Shown here: positions 26,060 through 39,372 of the stretch, piece by piece
Numbering within the stretch: position 1 is the first letter of the stretch
Layout of the letters: each line of letters starts with the position of its first letter
Assembly (NCBI GenBank): GCA_028534125.1
Contig: CM052817.1
Location: 85,624,001 to 85,688,000, forward strand
Direction: 5' to 3'
DNA length: 64,000 bases
From: Lama glama
Taxonomy: Eukaryota
Notes under the pieces: generated by a model
Told to the model about the DNA's origin: nothing
What the model saw: only the letters and a program-made list of their open reading frames with translations
The model's database searches: none
Made by a program: the position numbers and the translations under genes

Positions 26060-27240
26060 ATTCAGACAATATGAAGTAATTATAACGTTAGATGATATCT
26101 TTATTTCCTGAATTTAGAGGAATGCTTTTCATGAATTGCTATCAAGTGTAATGTTGATGATTTGTTTGAAATACATTTATTTTATTTTATTACATTTCTT
26201 TAAGCATACAAATGCACACGTGTATATATACATAAAATTATAAACATTTCCATATAATAATATTTCAACAGTAGTTTTTATTATCCCTTTATTTTTCTTT
26301 CCTCCAATTCTTAACATATCAGACACACTTAGGAAATTCATGTTAATATTATTTTTAAGGACTGCCATATTTTTCTCCATACTCCTAAAATTACATACAC
26401 ACACACAAACACACGTGTATTTTTGTCATTTAGTGGCAAAAGAAGGTTATATATGAGTATTATTTTGCCTGTAGCTTTTTAAACTCTAAAATACCACCTG
26501 GTAGAGCTTTACTTCATTTTTACAAAGGCTATGTAGTATTCATGATGTGAATGGGCCAATTGCTAAACAAGTCACTTATATGCCACGCTGAACAATTCTG
26601 CAGTAAACATACATAAATACATACATGTAGGTACATAAAATATATGAATACATATATATGCATATACATGAAAGTGGACTTAGTTTTATGTGGTTAAATT
26701 TGCTTGGCTGAAAGATAATGGCATTTTTAAATTTAATATAGCTTTATAAACACCTGTAAATTTAGCATTTCAACAGCAAAATGAAAATTTGAATTTTTTT
26801 ATATCCCCTATCCATTGGAATTTGCATCAATGTGAAAGACTGACAATTATCCCTTGCCTCCTATATTTTTAATATGATTAAAAAGCTATTTTAGATTTTT
26901 TCTATAGTTAACTCTTTATGCATGCTTTATAATTTTTAATCAAAATTGTATTTATATGACTGGAATTAAATAAGCTTTATTTGTGGACACACAGTTTTTT
27001 TTAATGTCTAAGGATTACTTTCCTACTCCTAGATTGTACAGGTACCCTCAAAGATCTTCTTGCAATTATGTTTAACTATTTTGTAACAATTTTCTAAATC
27101 ATACTAAATTATATCTAAATATTGAAAGATAACAGTATGATTTTATTTCTAGTAATCATTTAGATGATACTTAATAGAATTATAGATATGGTAAATGCCC
27201 ATTTAAAACATTTCTAGTCTGATATAACCATTTGTTCTTT
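26060..27240 (-). mobile_element. Patchwork of very old L1 (L1ME-like) fragments
   Basis: Antisense L1 motifs: 'ttcctgaatttagaggaatgcttttc', 'ggctatgtagtattcatg', 'gaacaattctgcagtaaacat', 'ggcatttttaaatttaata'. Confidence 0.5.
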
Positions 27241-28649
27241 TCATGATTAATGTTACTTTTTCCTTGGAGACTCTGTAGAATAAGCTGCAGCTTTAAAGCT
27301 TAGGTTTTCTTTGGTTCTGTTTCTGTAGTTGTTGCTATTTGTCTCTTGAATTAGCAGTAAAGTTCTGTTATCTCAATAAGGAGTGTAACTTTAAAGCTAA
27401 GACATTTCTCTCTTAAGCAGGCCTGATCAATAAAACAAGATTATAAATTGCCTGAGTTTTCGTAAATAATTTCCAAATGGTAATTATATTTTATGGAAGA
27501 AGCCAAAGAGAGAAATTCAAAATATATGCACATTTTAATGATTTTTCTGAAAGTATAAAATATTGGCTTTTCCTCATTAGGCTTTTCATTACAGAAAAGA
27601 AGCTGGAAAGGGACCTCTAAGTCTAAAACAAAGGACAATGTATTCCATAATGCTTATCTGATTATAAGCTGATTAAAGTTCTTCTATGCCAGCATAGAGA
27701 CCGAAGTGGAAGGAAAGAAAGTGTCCTGAGTATCAATTTACCTATTATCGCTAATGAAATTAAATAATGCATGAGGGACTAGAGATTGTAATAATAAATA
27801 TGCATTGAAATACTTAACAATGCAAAGAATAAGGTGATCTTTTTAATTCATCTACAAATAATTTTCAGCTTTTTAAAAGTTAGATTACCCAGATGATTGT
27901 ATAGTTAGCATAAGTATCATAAAAGGTATTTTCTTTCAGGAAGAGTAATCACGCTGATGTTAAACCGCAACTGATTTCTTACCAAATGTTTCAAAAACTG
28001 AGTTCCACAAAATATTAGATCAAAACAAATGAACAAAAAAGGGAAATAAGAGCTAATACAGTTAAGATACAATGCTTCTGAAAGCACATTGATTGTAAGA
28101 GTTTTGGAAACATTGTGATTATTTTTGTACGTTATTGTTTGTGCTGTGGTTTACTCATGTGCTTATAGTATGACATCAATGTTTTTTATCTTCTGTGATT
28201 GACATTAACATAGCCTAAACAATTAAAATTGATGGTCTCCAATATTAATTTCCTACCTATTTTAATGTTATACCTTCAAAACATAACAGAGGTGAATAAT
28301 ATAATGTGGATTATGTACCACAATCATTCTTCAGTGTTAAGTTGCTTATGATAGTATGATAACATATATATATGACTAGTTATTAAATTTTATTAGATTA
28401 TGACACAAAATGAAATTTAGAAACACTAAATATATTTTGAAACTGAATCTAAAAGAATGCTAAATAGCTTGGAAAATGAAGCAACACTCAGATTTGACTC
28501 CATCTGTCTGGTAAAATGATACTTGAATTGAGTCTCAACTAAATCATTTTTTAAAAAATCAAACAAACAAAAATATCTGCTTGCTACCAATTTCACATCA
28601 TATGCCTCACATATGACTTAACTGATGTAATCCTTAAGCATGCTGCAAA

Positions 28650-28910
28650 TTTTAATAGCACTGACTTTGAAGCCAAGTGTTAATATGATTTGAATTAGCA
28701 TCACATGCTCTGAGTAATCTTGGGGGATAATGCTTACTTTCCTTAAGCTTCAAATTTATCACCAATTAAAGGAAGATTATCACAATAAACGCCCCGTGGA
28801 CTTTTGAATAAAATCAATGACATAATGCCTGTAAATGCCTTAGTAAAGAGTCTGGTACCTAGTGAGTGCTCATTAAATTTAGCCATTACCTTTATTATCA
28901 TTAGTATTCT
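28650..28910 (+). mobile_element. MIR SINE (near full length)
   Basis: 'agcactgactttgaagcca...aatgacataatgcctgtaaatgccttagtaaagagtctggtacctagtgagtgctcattaaa'. Confidence 0.8.
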
Positions 28911-28934
28911 ATAAGTCTGAATTTGTTTCTAATA

Positions 28935-29200
28935 AAACAAGTTTCCTTGTTGCATTTTGAGCCTCAGGGGAAAGAACATAAAAAGTGTTTATTAGAGATT
29001 GAGTCTGGGGAGATGAGATTCACATATATAAGGGAAGTGAGGAAAAAAGGAAGGAGGGAGATAGGGAGGGAGGGGAAAGAGAGAGAGAGAGAGGGCAATA
29101 CAATATATACCGAAATGGCAGGTTTCATGATGGATGGCTTATATTTAGTGGAAACCCAGATGTTTGAGAATTTAGTGGAAATTGCAATAGAAAATAGACA
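28935..29200 (-). mobile_element. Old ERVL LTR fragment (LTR16/LTR33-like) with GA-rich tract
   Basis: 'gagcctcaggg...aagtgtttattagaga...gggaagtgagg...gggcaatacaa' resembles the antisense LTR16/33 3' end. Confidence 0.45.
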
Positions 29201-30024
29201 GAAGTGGTCTTATTGAGAAACTAGAATTTAAATAGTATTGTAAATTACAGATGGAGTTTAAATTGGTAGACCAAAAAGGGGAGGGCAGTTCAATTTGATT
29301 AATGGAGGAATTCAAAACCTATGGGGGGAAAATGATCCTTGAGCAAAGAGATGCAAAATATAATTTAAGAAGATTAAATTTGATAGTAGTGTACAGTGTT
29401 AATTGAAAGAAGAGAGAGTTAAGGTGAGAAGTATATTCATTTAATCTAGTACTTTAGACGCATAGAATATCATTGGTTAAGTAATTAGGTTAGGTGAAAT
29501 TACATGTATTGTGGGTAAGTCTGAATCTTTGATTTGTCTAAATTACCACAAAATTAAGTTTTACTGAATAGTTTTGCTTTATATCCCTTGTCTCAGCATA
29601 ATTTTTAAGAGTTCTTTGCTCTTGCAAGTGTTTTAGTTTGGGTATATATACATATGTATGTATATGAATATGTACTTATGTATATACATATATGTACATG
29701 TATGTTTATATATGATTGTTTACCTATTTATAACTGGTTTTCTATACACTTATTGAATATATATAGTTTTTTTTAAAATGAGTAATATTTTACCTCAGCC
29801 TTTGGGTTAGAATTTCCTAAATCTTATATTTAGCTGCACTTTAATTACTAGTATCTTTATATTTTGTTCCACTGACATTACACAACTGTATAGTTATAAA
29901 TGAAAATTTTTAAATTTGGGAGATTTTGGTTTCTTTTGAAAAGTATCTTATGTTTATTCAGGTTAAGAAACAGAAATTCACATTCTAGAATGACAAATTG
30001 TTTCTATACTCAGTGTTTTGAGGT

Positions 30025-30362
30025 CACTGTGCAGAAATGAGGTGGATTTCTGCCAGTTTTAGTGCAGATGTCAAGGCTGATGACATCCCACACACTAAGG
30101 TTATTTGACAGCAAGTTTATTCTTCGCACGGCAGATACCTGGACAGCAGGGCTGGCCTGATTGAATAGCAGGGGTGGACTGAGTCTTTATGGGAGGTAGA
30201 GGATGTGACTGAGGAACCGCTTCTATGTTGGGATGGAGAGTTGTGAAGTTTAAAATTCTCACCAGTGCCAAAGGGAGATTAGCAAGGGCTTGTCCAGATG
30301 TCAGGTCAAAGAAGAAAAGGAGTGTTAGACTCACAAAGAAGTCAGTGGTTAAATCTTTAACA
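30025..30362 (-). mobile_element. Solo ERV LTR related to the 4630-5005 element
   Basis: Shares motifs in the same order: 'gatgacatcccacacactaag' vs 'aatgacaacacatgcactaaa', 'ccagtgccaaaggga' vs 'ctggtaccaaagga', 'gcttgtccagatgt' vs 'gcttggccagatgt'. Confidence 0.6.
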
Positions 30363-30589
30363 TAAATTATTATTAAATAAATTATTAAAATAAATTGTTA
30401 TTAAAAATAAAGCAGATTTCTTAATACATACATAAATTTTAATACTATAGTTAACTACAAAATGTCAACAAAGGTAGGGAACAATAATATAATTTTAAGA
30501 ATAGCAGAAGTAATTAGTAATTAGATTTGAAAAAATATATTCAAACCATTTAAATGTCTTTGATTTACCTGTATACAGCTATACATATA

Positions 30590-30798
30590 ATTTCCTTTAT
30601 TGAAGTATAATCGATTTACAATGTATTAATTTCTGATATACAGCATAGTAATTCAGTTACACATGTGCATATTACTTTTCATATTCTTTTTCATTACAGG
30701 CTATTACAAGATATTAAATATAGTTCCCTGTGGTCTACAGTAGGACCTTGTTTATCTGTTTTATAGATAGTAGTTAGTATCTGCAAATCCCAAACTCC
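30590..30798 (-). mobile_element. Relatively young 5'-truncated L1 3' end (cetartiodactyl type)
   Basis: 'ttattgaagtataatcgatttacaatg...tattacaagatattaaatatagttccctgtg...gtatctgcaaatcccaaactcc'. 16-bp TSD taca(g/a)ctatacatata at 30574-30589 and 30799-30814. Confidence 0.92.
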
Positions 30799-31699
30799 TA
30801 CAACTATACATATATTAAGTAATTTTTAATTTTAGTTGTACACTTATTTACACTAGTTGGCCTAAAATAATTTATGACAAAGGTACTACTATATTCTATA
30901 CATTTCTAAATGTTAAGTGAAGACTATATACTTATGGAAAAATAAACTATAAAATCATACCTTACATCAGTGTTTCTGATCTTAATATTTGACAATATTT
31001 AGAATATATACGTTTATATTATTAAAATATTATATATTTTGTTTATATAATTAGGTGTTTATATTTTATATTTGCTAATTAAATTTTATATTATATATAT
31101 GGACACTTAAGAAATATCTACATTTTCCCCACATTATAGATTTTTTGCAAAAGTAAGAAATAGTAATTCAATGATAATCTAAGTAGCAATAGATTAAATT
31201 CAGAAGAGCCAGGAAAGGAGTAAATACAGACATTACCCCAAAATATATATTTTCTGGAAAGAACATATGATCATTTCAAGAAGATCAATTCATATTTAGC
31301 AAAAAATAAAATCAAATGAAGAGCAATACCAAAAAGGTATTCACAGATGTGAGACATATTAAGGAGAAAAAACACATTGTACAGAATAGTTCTGAGGACA
31401 AATATAATTTCCTCAAAATTAATTTTTTCTACCTTCTGAATTACCTGACTTAGATTACAGGTTGAGGTGGATGAGGTAAATAATCTCAGGAAAATACTTT
31501 GGAATTATATGATATCATAACAATGTCAAGAGTTACTTATATTATTCCTGTTTAAAACTGCTTTTTCCCCTCCATCTTGAAGTATTTTTCTAAAGCACAC
31601 GCCCGTATGAAGCCTCACTAGCCCGATCTCACCAGCACTCAATATTAACTTCTCCGTTGCACTGAAAGCACATTACTTCTGCCATAGTTAAGATCACTG

Positions 31700-32040
31700 C
31701 TACAGAAAATATTCCCTCTCTCTCCTGAACTGTTCAATTTTTGTTCTCAATCATATCATACCCATTAGCATACAGACATGTGAAATTTCTCTAATTTAAA
31801 AAATAAATAAATAAAACTGTCCCTTAAATTCTCCCTAGCTGATAATCCGTACACTTTCCCATGCAGAAAAAAAAAATCTCCTAAGGGTTGTCTATATTTC
31901 ACTCTGTTTAATATCTCACTTCATTTCTTAAACCGATCATCATCTGATTTTAAAACATTATCTTTTTTGAGATCGTTAGTGACTGCCACTTTGCAATATC
32001 CAAATGTAATTCTAGTTGTCATTTTAGTTGACATTTTGAA
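31700..32040 (+). mobile_element. L2 internal fragment
   Basis: 'cattagcatacagacatg', 'ctcctaagggttgtctatatttcact', 'tagtgactgccactttgcaatatccaaatg'. Confidence 0.6.
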
Positions 32041-33639
32041 TGAGTCTGCCAAAAGAAGTTGTAAATATAAATTACAAATATATAAGTACATGTCTAAAAT
32101 GGCCCTTTATATACCATTTTGTCCTTCTAAGCTGTACCGTGTTTGTAGAAAACAAATAAATAAATGTTGAACTTCACCCTGCAGTCAGAAGATTTTATAT
32201 ATTATAATGACATTAACAGATTTGTAGGTTTAAATGGATAAGATATAGTCAAGTAGAAGAAATATGAAGAATTAGGGGAAGAAGAAAATAACAGCAAGAT
32301 TTATGATTCCTACAAAGGAGAAAATAATCTTCTTATTCCATTTTAGCCTGTAAAATGTATCAACTAAGCCATCACTTCACTGTCAATAGGCCACACTTAG
32401 GGGTATCAATGACTACAGTTTAAATTTTTGTATCAAGTACATATGATGCAGCCCCATTTCTAAGAGAATTTGCTTTCTCAATATGACAACAACAATAAGA
32501 GGTTATCAATCCAACTGATAAAACATGGGGTTTTTTGCTTTCAAAATTGATCTATCCTTTCAGAAAACTTCAGGCATGATATTTATATTAAAATGTGGAA
32601 TTACTTGTCATTAAAACTTGATTGCTATGATAAGAACATAATTAGAAACTGCTTTCAAATATAACATGCATACTATTGTAATATTTATTAAACTAACTGA
32701 TTGCCAAGTTTTTATATTATTGGTCAAAACACTTCAGAATTTCATTTACTGCATCCTGAATAGCCTTCTAACAACATAGCTACATTATAAAATTTGCAAA
32801 ATATGAAATAAATTCAAACTAGAAGTGATCAACTTAAGAAAGAGAGGTTTTAGTTTTGGGGAAGAAAGTAGTAAAAGGGAAACTTTTAACATTAATAAAA
32901 CTTTTAGGAAAGGAGGTTACTATGAAAGGGATTTTAAAAAAGGCCTTTTTCTTTCATTTATACCACTAAAATTAAGATATCAATGACTTTGATAATAAAT
33001 TTCAGTAGATAAATTCCTTGTTCTGATTAATGTATGTTTAGCATAAAGTTCAAATTTTTTTCTGAAATTCTTAAATATTTATGTATTTTGATTTCTCATT
33101 CCAATATTTTATTGGTCAGAAACTAAGAGGGTTAGAATTTTGTGAGACGTTTTACCCAAAAAAAAGAGTAAACATATCAAATATGAGATATGCCTTGCCC
33201 TGTGCAGATTAAAAGACAGATTTTCCTGTCCAAGAGTGTCATAAACATTTTATATAAAAATCATGTAAATGTCACGTGTCATTCCCTCTTAAACCCTCTC
33301 CAAATTTAAATGTAACAATTGATCTTTTTATGATCTTTTAATTTATTGGTTAAATAGAATATGTGGAACATTTTATGTATTTTCCAAGTTTAAAACTGAA
33401 AAAGAAATTAGTTTGCAAACCATATTTGAGTTTTAGTATAGTTCTTAAATTTTATTATTCTAATGATATTTCTTTCTTCTATTTTTCCCAATCCATTAAT
33501 ACCACTTTTTAAAAATCCCCAGCCCAAGCTAAATTACTTCAAGAAGCCAAATCATGTTATAATTCTTACTCTGAACATTCCTATAGTTGAATAACAGTAT
33601 TTTCATTTTACCATTGTAATACAGTAAAAGTGATGTGTT

Positions 33640-33860
33640 AAAATTGTTAAGGAAAAGGAATCTTGTAACAGAGGACCTGAGTTCAAGTTCTAGCCCACAC
33701 TTACTAAATTGGGGGAAATAAAAATAAAAATATAAAATCTATTTCCAATATTCTTTACAATGAATGACTCTCTCTCTGGGTTGTATTGAAGTTTAAATAA
33801 TCTAGGTGAAGATAGTTTGTTAATTATAGCAAGCTATAAAAATGTTAAAGACTACTACTG
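33640..33860 (+). mobile_element. MIR SINE
   Basis: 'cagaggacctgagttcaagttctagcccacacttactaa...gggttgtattgaagtttaaataa...gctataaaaatgttaa'. Confidence 0.7.
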
Positions 33861-33936
33861 TGTTGATTTGGCATTTGTGAGTTTAGTCATTTCATATTTA
33901 AATTTATTCCTCGCTTAAATTTATAGGCCCCTTTAT

Positions 33937-34391
33937 TGATGTCAAAGACAAAACTGAGTCTGCTACAACATATACAAAGGCTGTTTATTCATAAACTTGC
34001 CACAAGGGAATCCATCTGCCATCACTTACATTTCAGCAGGGGTTCAGAGGAGTTACAAAGCAGAGAAAGAAGAGTAAAACTGAGAGAGAGTCTTTGACTG
34101 GCAAACGTTCTGTGAAGGTGAGATTTTTGAAAGCTGGGAGACACTCCCATTGGTCTTCTGGCACGTTTGGCAGCCCTTGGTTGACTACAAGGGGGCAAGT
34201 TAACAGTTTGGGGTCATTTCAGAAGAGGAAAAATTGTTCAGTATTTGAGACATAGAGGTTTCCCTGGCAAACTCTTTCCTGGAACAAGTCGGGCGTCGAC
34301 AGTCTTTTCTGCTCTCAAAATGTCATAGTCATGAAGGTCCCTCTGCAGATTGGACTGGCTGCCAGCCAGCAGTTTCTCACTGAAAACATCA
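33937..34391 (-). mobile_element. Solo ERV LTR (ERV1-type, ~455 bp)
   Basis: Termini tgatgt...acatca form a 6-bp inverted repeat (TG..CA). Minus-strand AATAAA about 50 bp from the left end. GC-richer than the flanks. Confidence 0.75.
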
Positions 34392-34856
34392 AAATTTGTT
34401 AAATACTCTCTTAAACTTTATAATTTTATTTGACAACTGCTAACTGTTACTTCTTAACATTTTCAGCTTTGGTTTACAGAACATCATAGTGTTCTTCCTA
34501 CCATTTTGCAGTGTCCTCTTTGCCTCAGTCAAAGTTTTATTTTTTATCTTTCTCCTGATGTAAAAGTATTTCAGAAATTCAGGCCGTGGTTACCTTTTCT
34601 CAATAGTTTTCACCTCCTTATTAATTCGTATTTTAATACTTCATCTGAGGAAAAGAAAAGCTGATGATTGCGTTAAGATAGGTTCTAGTTGTGCTCACTC
34701 AAAAAAATCTACAGTTACATTTATGATAAATTATTTTCAACTTTATAGCCCACCATTGGGAGTGGCTCTCCTGGCCAAAGATTCTCTATATAACTCCTAT
34801 TCTAGACTCTGTCACATTGAATCTGTGTGCCTTGTTAAAAAATACTGCAATCTATA

Positions 34857-34986
34857 TGAGATGATGGGTGTTCACTAAACTTATGGTGGTAATCCTATAT
34901 GGTATATGTAAGTCAAGTCATTATGCTGTACACCTTAAACTTACTGCCATATATTAATTATATCTCTATACAACTGGAAAAGAAAA
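34857..34986 (+). mobile_element. L1MB-like 3' end (part of an apparent 3'-transduction insert)
   Basis: 'tgagatgatgggtgttcactaaacttatggtggtaatc...cattatgctgtacaccttaaactta...attatatctc...aactggaaaagaaaa'. Confidence 0.85.
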
Positions 34987-36229
34987 CTACCACTTCTGAT
35001 AAACTATGTGCTTACTACCCTTTAGGATTCAGTTTCTTCAAGAAATCTTCATAAATCAAATTACAGTGTATATTGATATGAACATTGAAAATGACAATTT
35101 TCTAATTTAAAAAATTTTTCAAGGTTACCAATTTTTTAACATTAAAAAGACAAAACAAAACAAAGCTGCAATCTATAATATGCCATAATATCTTTTCTCT
35201 TCCTGTCTTTACTTAGCTTTTCACTTCACATGTGTAGAATTTACAGTACAGGATATGCCCCATACCTCCCCTCAGTTCCCACTCATTTTCTGTTTTCTGA
35301 AGGGTACAATCTTTTATGTCATAAAAACAGTAGTGATAGAAAATTTGCTTGAGGGAATAGAATAAGCCCTGAATGTTTTAAAATACAGCATCAAGGGCAT
35401 GCAGCCGAAAGTATATGGCAAACAAGGAACTTCCACCTACCCAGCTTGGGTATGGGTATGGATGAAGCAGCCACAGATGGATGTTGCTTCCACAGTCACA
35501 ACTAAATGAAGTTAGTGAAAGATCTTTGCATGATCTTACAATTTAGTAATTCTCAGGTTTATTTTTGTCAATGTTGCTGTTTTAAATTTTCCTGTGAATT
35601 TTAGATATTTTACTGTGGTAAAGACCTGTATTTATATTGTGAGGATCAAATGAGAAATTAATTGAAAATTGTAGATGTGTATGTAGCATATTGCTAATGT
35701 GCAGTACATGGTTGTTGCTTCATTCAGTCATGCATTAATTCATGAAGTCAGCCAATCAATGACCCTCCCAGAGGCAACACTCCACTCTTTTGTCACAGCC
35801 ACGAGTCAGATATTGGTCCAAAGTGCCTCTACCTGCAAGGAAGCACATTTGACTCCCTTAGCTTGTGACTGAAATGTGGCATCTTCCCAACACCTGCTTA
35901 CCTCTTCTGTGAGAGAGGTTTACAGTCAAATGCTCTCCAAATGAATCCTCTTTGCAATTTCTGTTTCATTCTGGTGTTGGTGAACTTTCTAAATAGTTTA
36001 TGGTGACTTACCTTGATATACTTTAATGGTAATCTATTTTCTCTTTTGGTAATCTATTTTCCTTTCTTCAAACATCACTTAAAAGGGAGATGAGGACACA
36101 TCTCATTTTAATATTTTACCTGTGAAAAACAAATGTGGGGTAGGGATTAGGAAGAAAATATTTAAGTAGTGTGAATGAAATCCTCAGAGATAGCAAATAC
36201 TTCAGTTGTGAAAAAATAAGTATTTGAAA

Positions 36230-36960
36230 AGAAACAATTATAAATCAATAATAATCTCTTGGAAATTAGAAGTATCACAATCAGAAAAAAATAGTAGGAA
36301 AGTTGGAAGATGAAATTGAGGAAATATTCTTAAATTTAAAACTAATGAGAAAGATAATGAACAAAGTAGGTGAAGAAAAATAGGATATTTAAAGTTTGAT
36401 CAAGAAGTTCCAATATTCCACTAATAGGAATTCCTTCCCCCGAATTAGTGAAAACAGGGAAGAGAATCTTAAAAAAAAAAAAATCCAGGGCTTCTCATGT
36501 CACTCAGATAGAAGAGGCCTACCCAGTTCCCAGAGAAATAAGGGAATAAAGAACCACAAAAAAGCCATTGAAAAGAAAACTCAGAATTGTGTTGATGTTA
36601 AAGAGGAATAACAATCATACAAACAGCAGTAATAACTCTACATATACATACACACATATATGTACACATATATATACAAATGCATGTATGTGTGTATATG
36701 TTGAGTATGCATAATTAATCAGAAGCTAAGTTGATTACTTGGTTTAACAGTGAGTGATATTAATATTGTCAAATAGCATAAATATTGACAATTTATTTGA
36801 TTACTTCTGATATGACAACCTTGAGAGAATAAAAGTAGTACTTAAGGAGTATTAAGATTTTGACGAACATAATAGAAGTTGTTAATAAAGTTGCTAAATC
36901 AATTTTAAATATAAAAATATACACATGTAAATAATTGGATTAACAATCAAAGGAGAAAAA
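36230..36960 (+). mobile_element. Very old L1/HAL1 ORF1-like fragment
   Basis: 'ctcttggaaattaga', 'gttggaagatgaaattgaggaaat', 'ccaatattccactaataggaattcc', in A-rich sense sequence. Confidence 0.6.
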
Positions 36961-38129
36961 AACTAAAGTACATACTTGAAACTTCCATACTTCCCTAACC
37001 ACAAGTAAGAGAGATTATTGACTGATTTATGGAGGCTTTATAGCTTTTCATTGCTCCTTCTTTTTTAATTAGGAAAAACTTTGGAATAATTTGATTTTTC
37101 TTATCATAAAGATCTTGGAAAGGTCTTCATGAGGCAGGCCAAATGAATGCGAATGAATGCACTCAATTCGATTCTTAGAGACTAGTTCTGTTTTATCACA
37201 AGCCTTTTATATTCTGATTGTCTGTTCACAATAATTTATTCCAATTTTTTTCATAAAGTGAAAATTTGCTTTTAATTGACTGCTGAGTTTTCATCATATT
37301 ACTGAGGTGATTTTAACTAGAGAGCTCCTTGGATACTGCCCACTAATAGTATTAACTGTCTGTATCATATGAGTGAGTTGAAGATTATATTGAAAGCTGA
37401 TACAAACTCTGCTGCCAGTAATCATTTTAAGTAGAAAAAAACTAGTTCACAATAGTGTATGGTTCTGATTCAGCATAAAAGTTAATGCTGCCTTTAGGTT
37501 TTTTGTTTATCTTCAACATTTTCATATCTTGAAAAGAATCAGAGAGAAAATTAGAATGGGTGTGCTAAGGTGTGCTTTATAAGCCAATATTTTTTATATT
37601 TTGAGAAAATGTAGGAATAGAAACAGGGAAGGATGACAGTACAAATAACTGCATGAGACGGGCATTGTATGAACAGAGGAATATAATTAGTTTGAATTTT
37701 GGAGTGAGTCAAATATTCATGTGGGAATGATAAAGTCTTATAAAAGTTTTAAAAATCATAACTGACAAGTAAAATATTTATAATGCAGTAGTGTAATATG
37801 TAAAATTAAACACATGAATAGAATATGATTGCTAGATACAAATGTTGATTTTTAGTAAAATAAACATAACAGAAGGACTTTAGATTATGTAATTTCCCTA
37901 TTTATTTGATACTAAAGTAAACCTAGTTCTAATAAATCAATTAATTAAAAAATAAATAAGTCAGAAACAGGTGCATAATCATACATTCAGAAATTAAACT
38001 TAAGTGTACTGTGTGTCCCTAAGATTTTAGCAATTTTCTGAAATATTTCCAAAGGTATGGATGAGCCAAAAGTAGATTATGTAATTTTCTAATATGAGAC
38101 GAAACAAGGATTAGCTAACACTTTCTCTA

Positions 38130-38950
38130 GGCTCCTAAGAGTCACCATCACAGTCAATTTGCCCTATCCCCCTGGAATCTTTCTCAAGGTGCTATTATCG
38201 TGTCCCCAAAATGTGCACCCACATGAAAAATAAATCTTGCTTACCCAGAGTTATTTTTTGCTTTGTTGATAAACACCTTCAAAATCCATACCCAGTGTAA
38301 TCCTTTGACTACTAGCAGTATGTGCTGGTAGAGTGGAAGTTCTAGCTCTTAGTAAGAGGTATGGGACATCTCTGCCTTCTGAGAATTCACAGAGCTCTGC
38401 AGAACCAGCATCCTTAGAAATAGCCTTCTTGATTACATAAATGTGTATCTTAATCACAGATTTTTATCAACCAGGGCTGCCATCTTAGCATAAAAGACAT
38501 TCCTTGCTTGAGAATTTAAACATCTCTGGGGCTCTATAACTATAACTCTCAGACCTTTGGTCTGCTGTTTCTGCTTTTCCACTGTAGGAGACAGGAGATG
38601 GTTTGTTAGCTGTGAAAGAGATCCTCTGTTTCTTGCACTTAGCCTTTATTTGCCGTAAGTTTTTAATCATCCCTCTCCAGACTATCAGTATAACTTAGCA
38701 GTAAACAGCTAAGTCTGGCAGCTTTATGAAAGGCTTTGCTGCCCCATATCTTTCAAATGTCCAGATCGTTTCAGCAGCAAGGATAACTTCCTAGGATATT
38801 TCCCCAGGTAGCATTGGTGAAATCACCAGGAATTGGATCACCACCTTGTCCCAAAACCTATGTGTATCTCACATACTACTTAAAATAGCATCCTCTTTGC
38901 TTGTTAGGCATGAGTGAACCAGTCCTCAAACCCCATCTTACATCCTGTTC
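38130..38950 (-). mobile_element. ERVL internal relic, gag region
   Basis: Minus strand near 38225-38295 reads WVWILKVFI..., matching the recalled ERVL gag motif WEWILRVxDxGGxNIxL. Lies just downstream of an LTR in the same orientation. Confidence 0.6.
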
Positions 38951-38962
38951 TCTTGCTCCACT

Positions 38963-39372
38963 TATGTTAGTTTAGAGAAGCAGACGCTGAGACAGGAGTA
39001 GACAGAGAAATGCCTGTAAAGGAAAAGGCGTTGGTACCCAGGGAAGATGGGGAGTCTTCAGATTCAAAGAGGGTATGATCCCTGTGATGTCACTGCAGAT
39101 AGGGGATAGAGTAACAACCTGAAGCACGATTCCAAGAAAGTTTCATTCATGTTGATTGTGAGACCTTGAGCCAAAGTCACTAAGTCGAGGTCTCCTGTAT
39201 CTTACAGAAGTAAGCCTGTGTATGAACACTTGCTGCACTCAGTCATTACCTGGGAGAACTCTGGGAAAAGCATGACTTCAGCACACATGTGATGGTAGAT
39301 TCATGAAGGCTGTCAGTCAGTTATACTCCCCACAGCCCAAGATCTCAGTGGTACATATTCATGGGCACCCCA
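38963..39372 (-). mobile_element. ERVL LTR, LTR16-like
   Basis: 'gaagcagacgctgagacaggag', 'ttgagccaaagtcac', 'gctgcactcagtcatt', 'ggctgtcagtcag', ending 'ttcatgggcacccca'. Confidence 0.75.

Noticed and set aside
4630..30362. Two related same-orientation LTRs as the ends of one provirus
   Set aside because: They are 25 kb apart, highly diverged from each other, and the interval holds no matching retroviral internal sequence.
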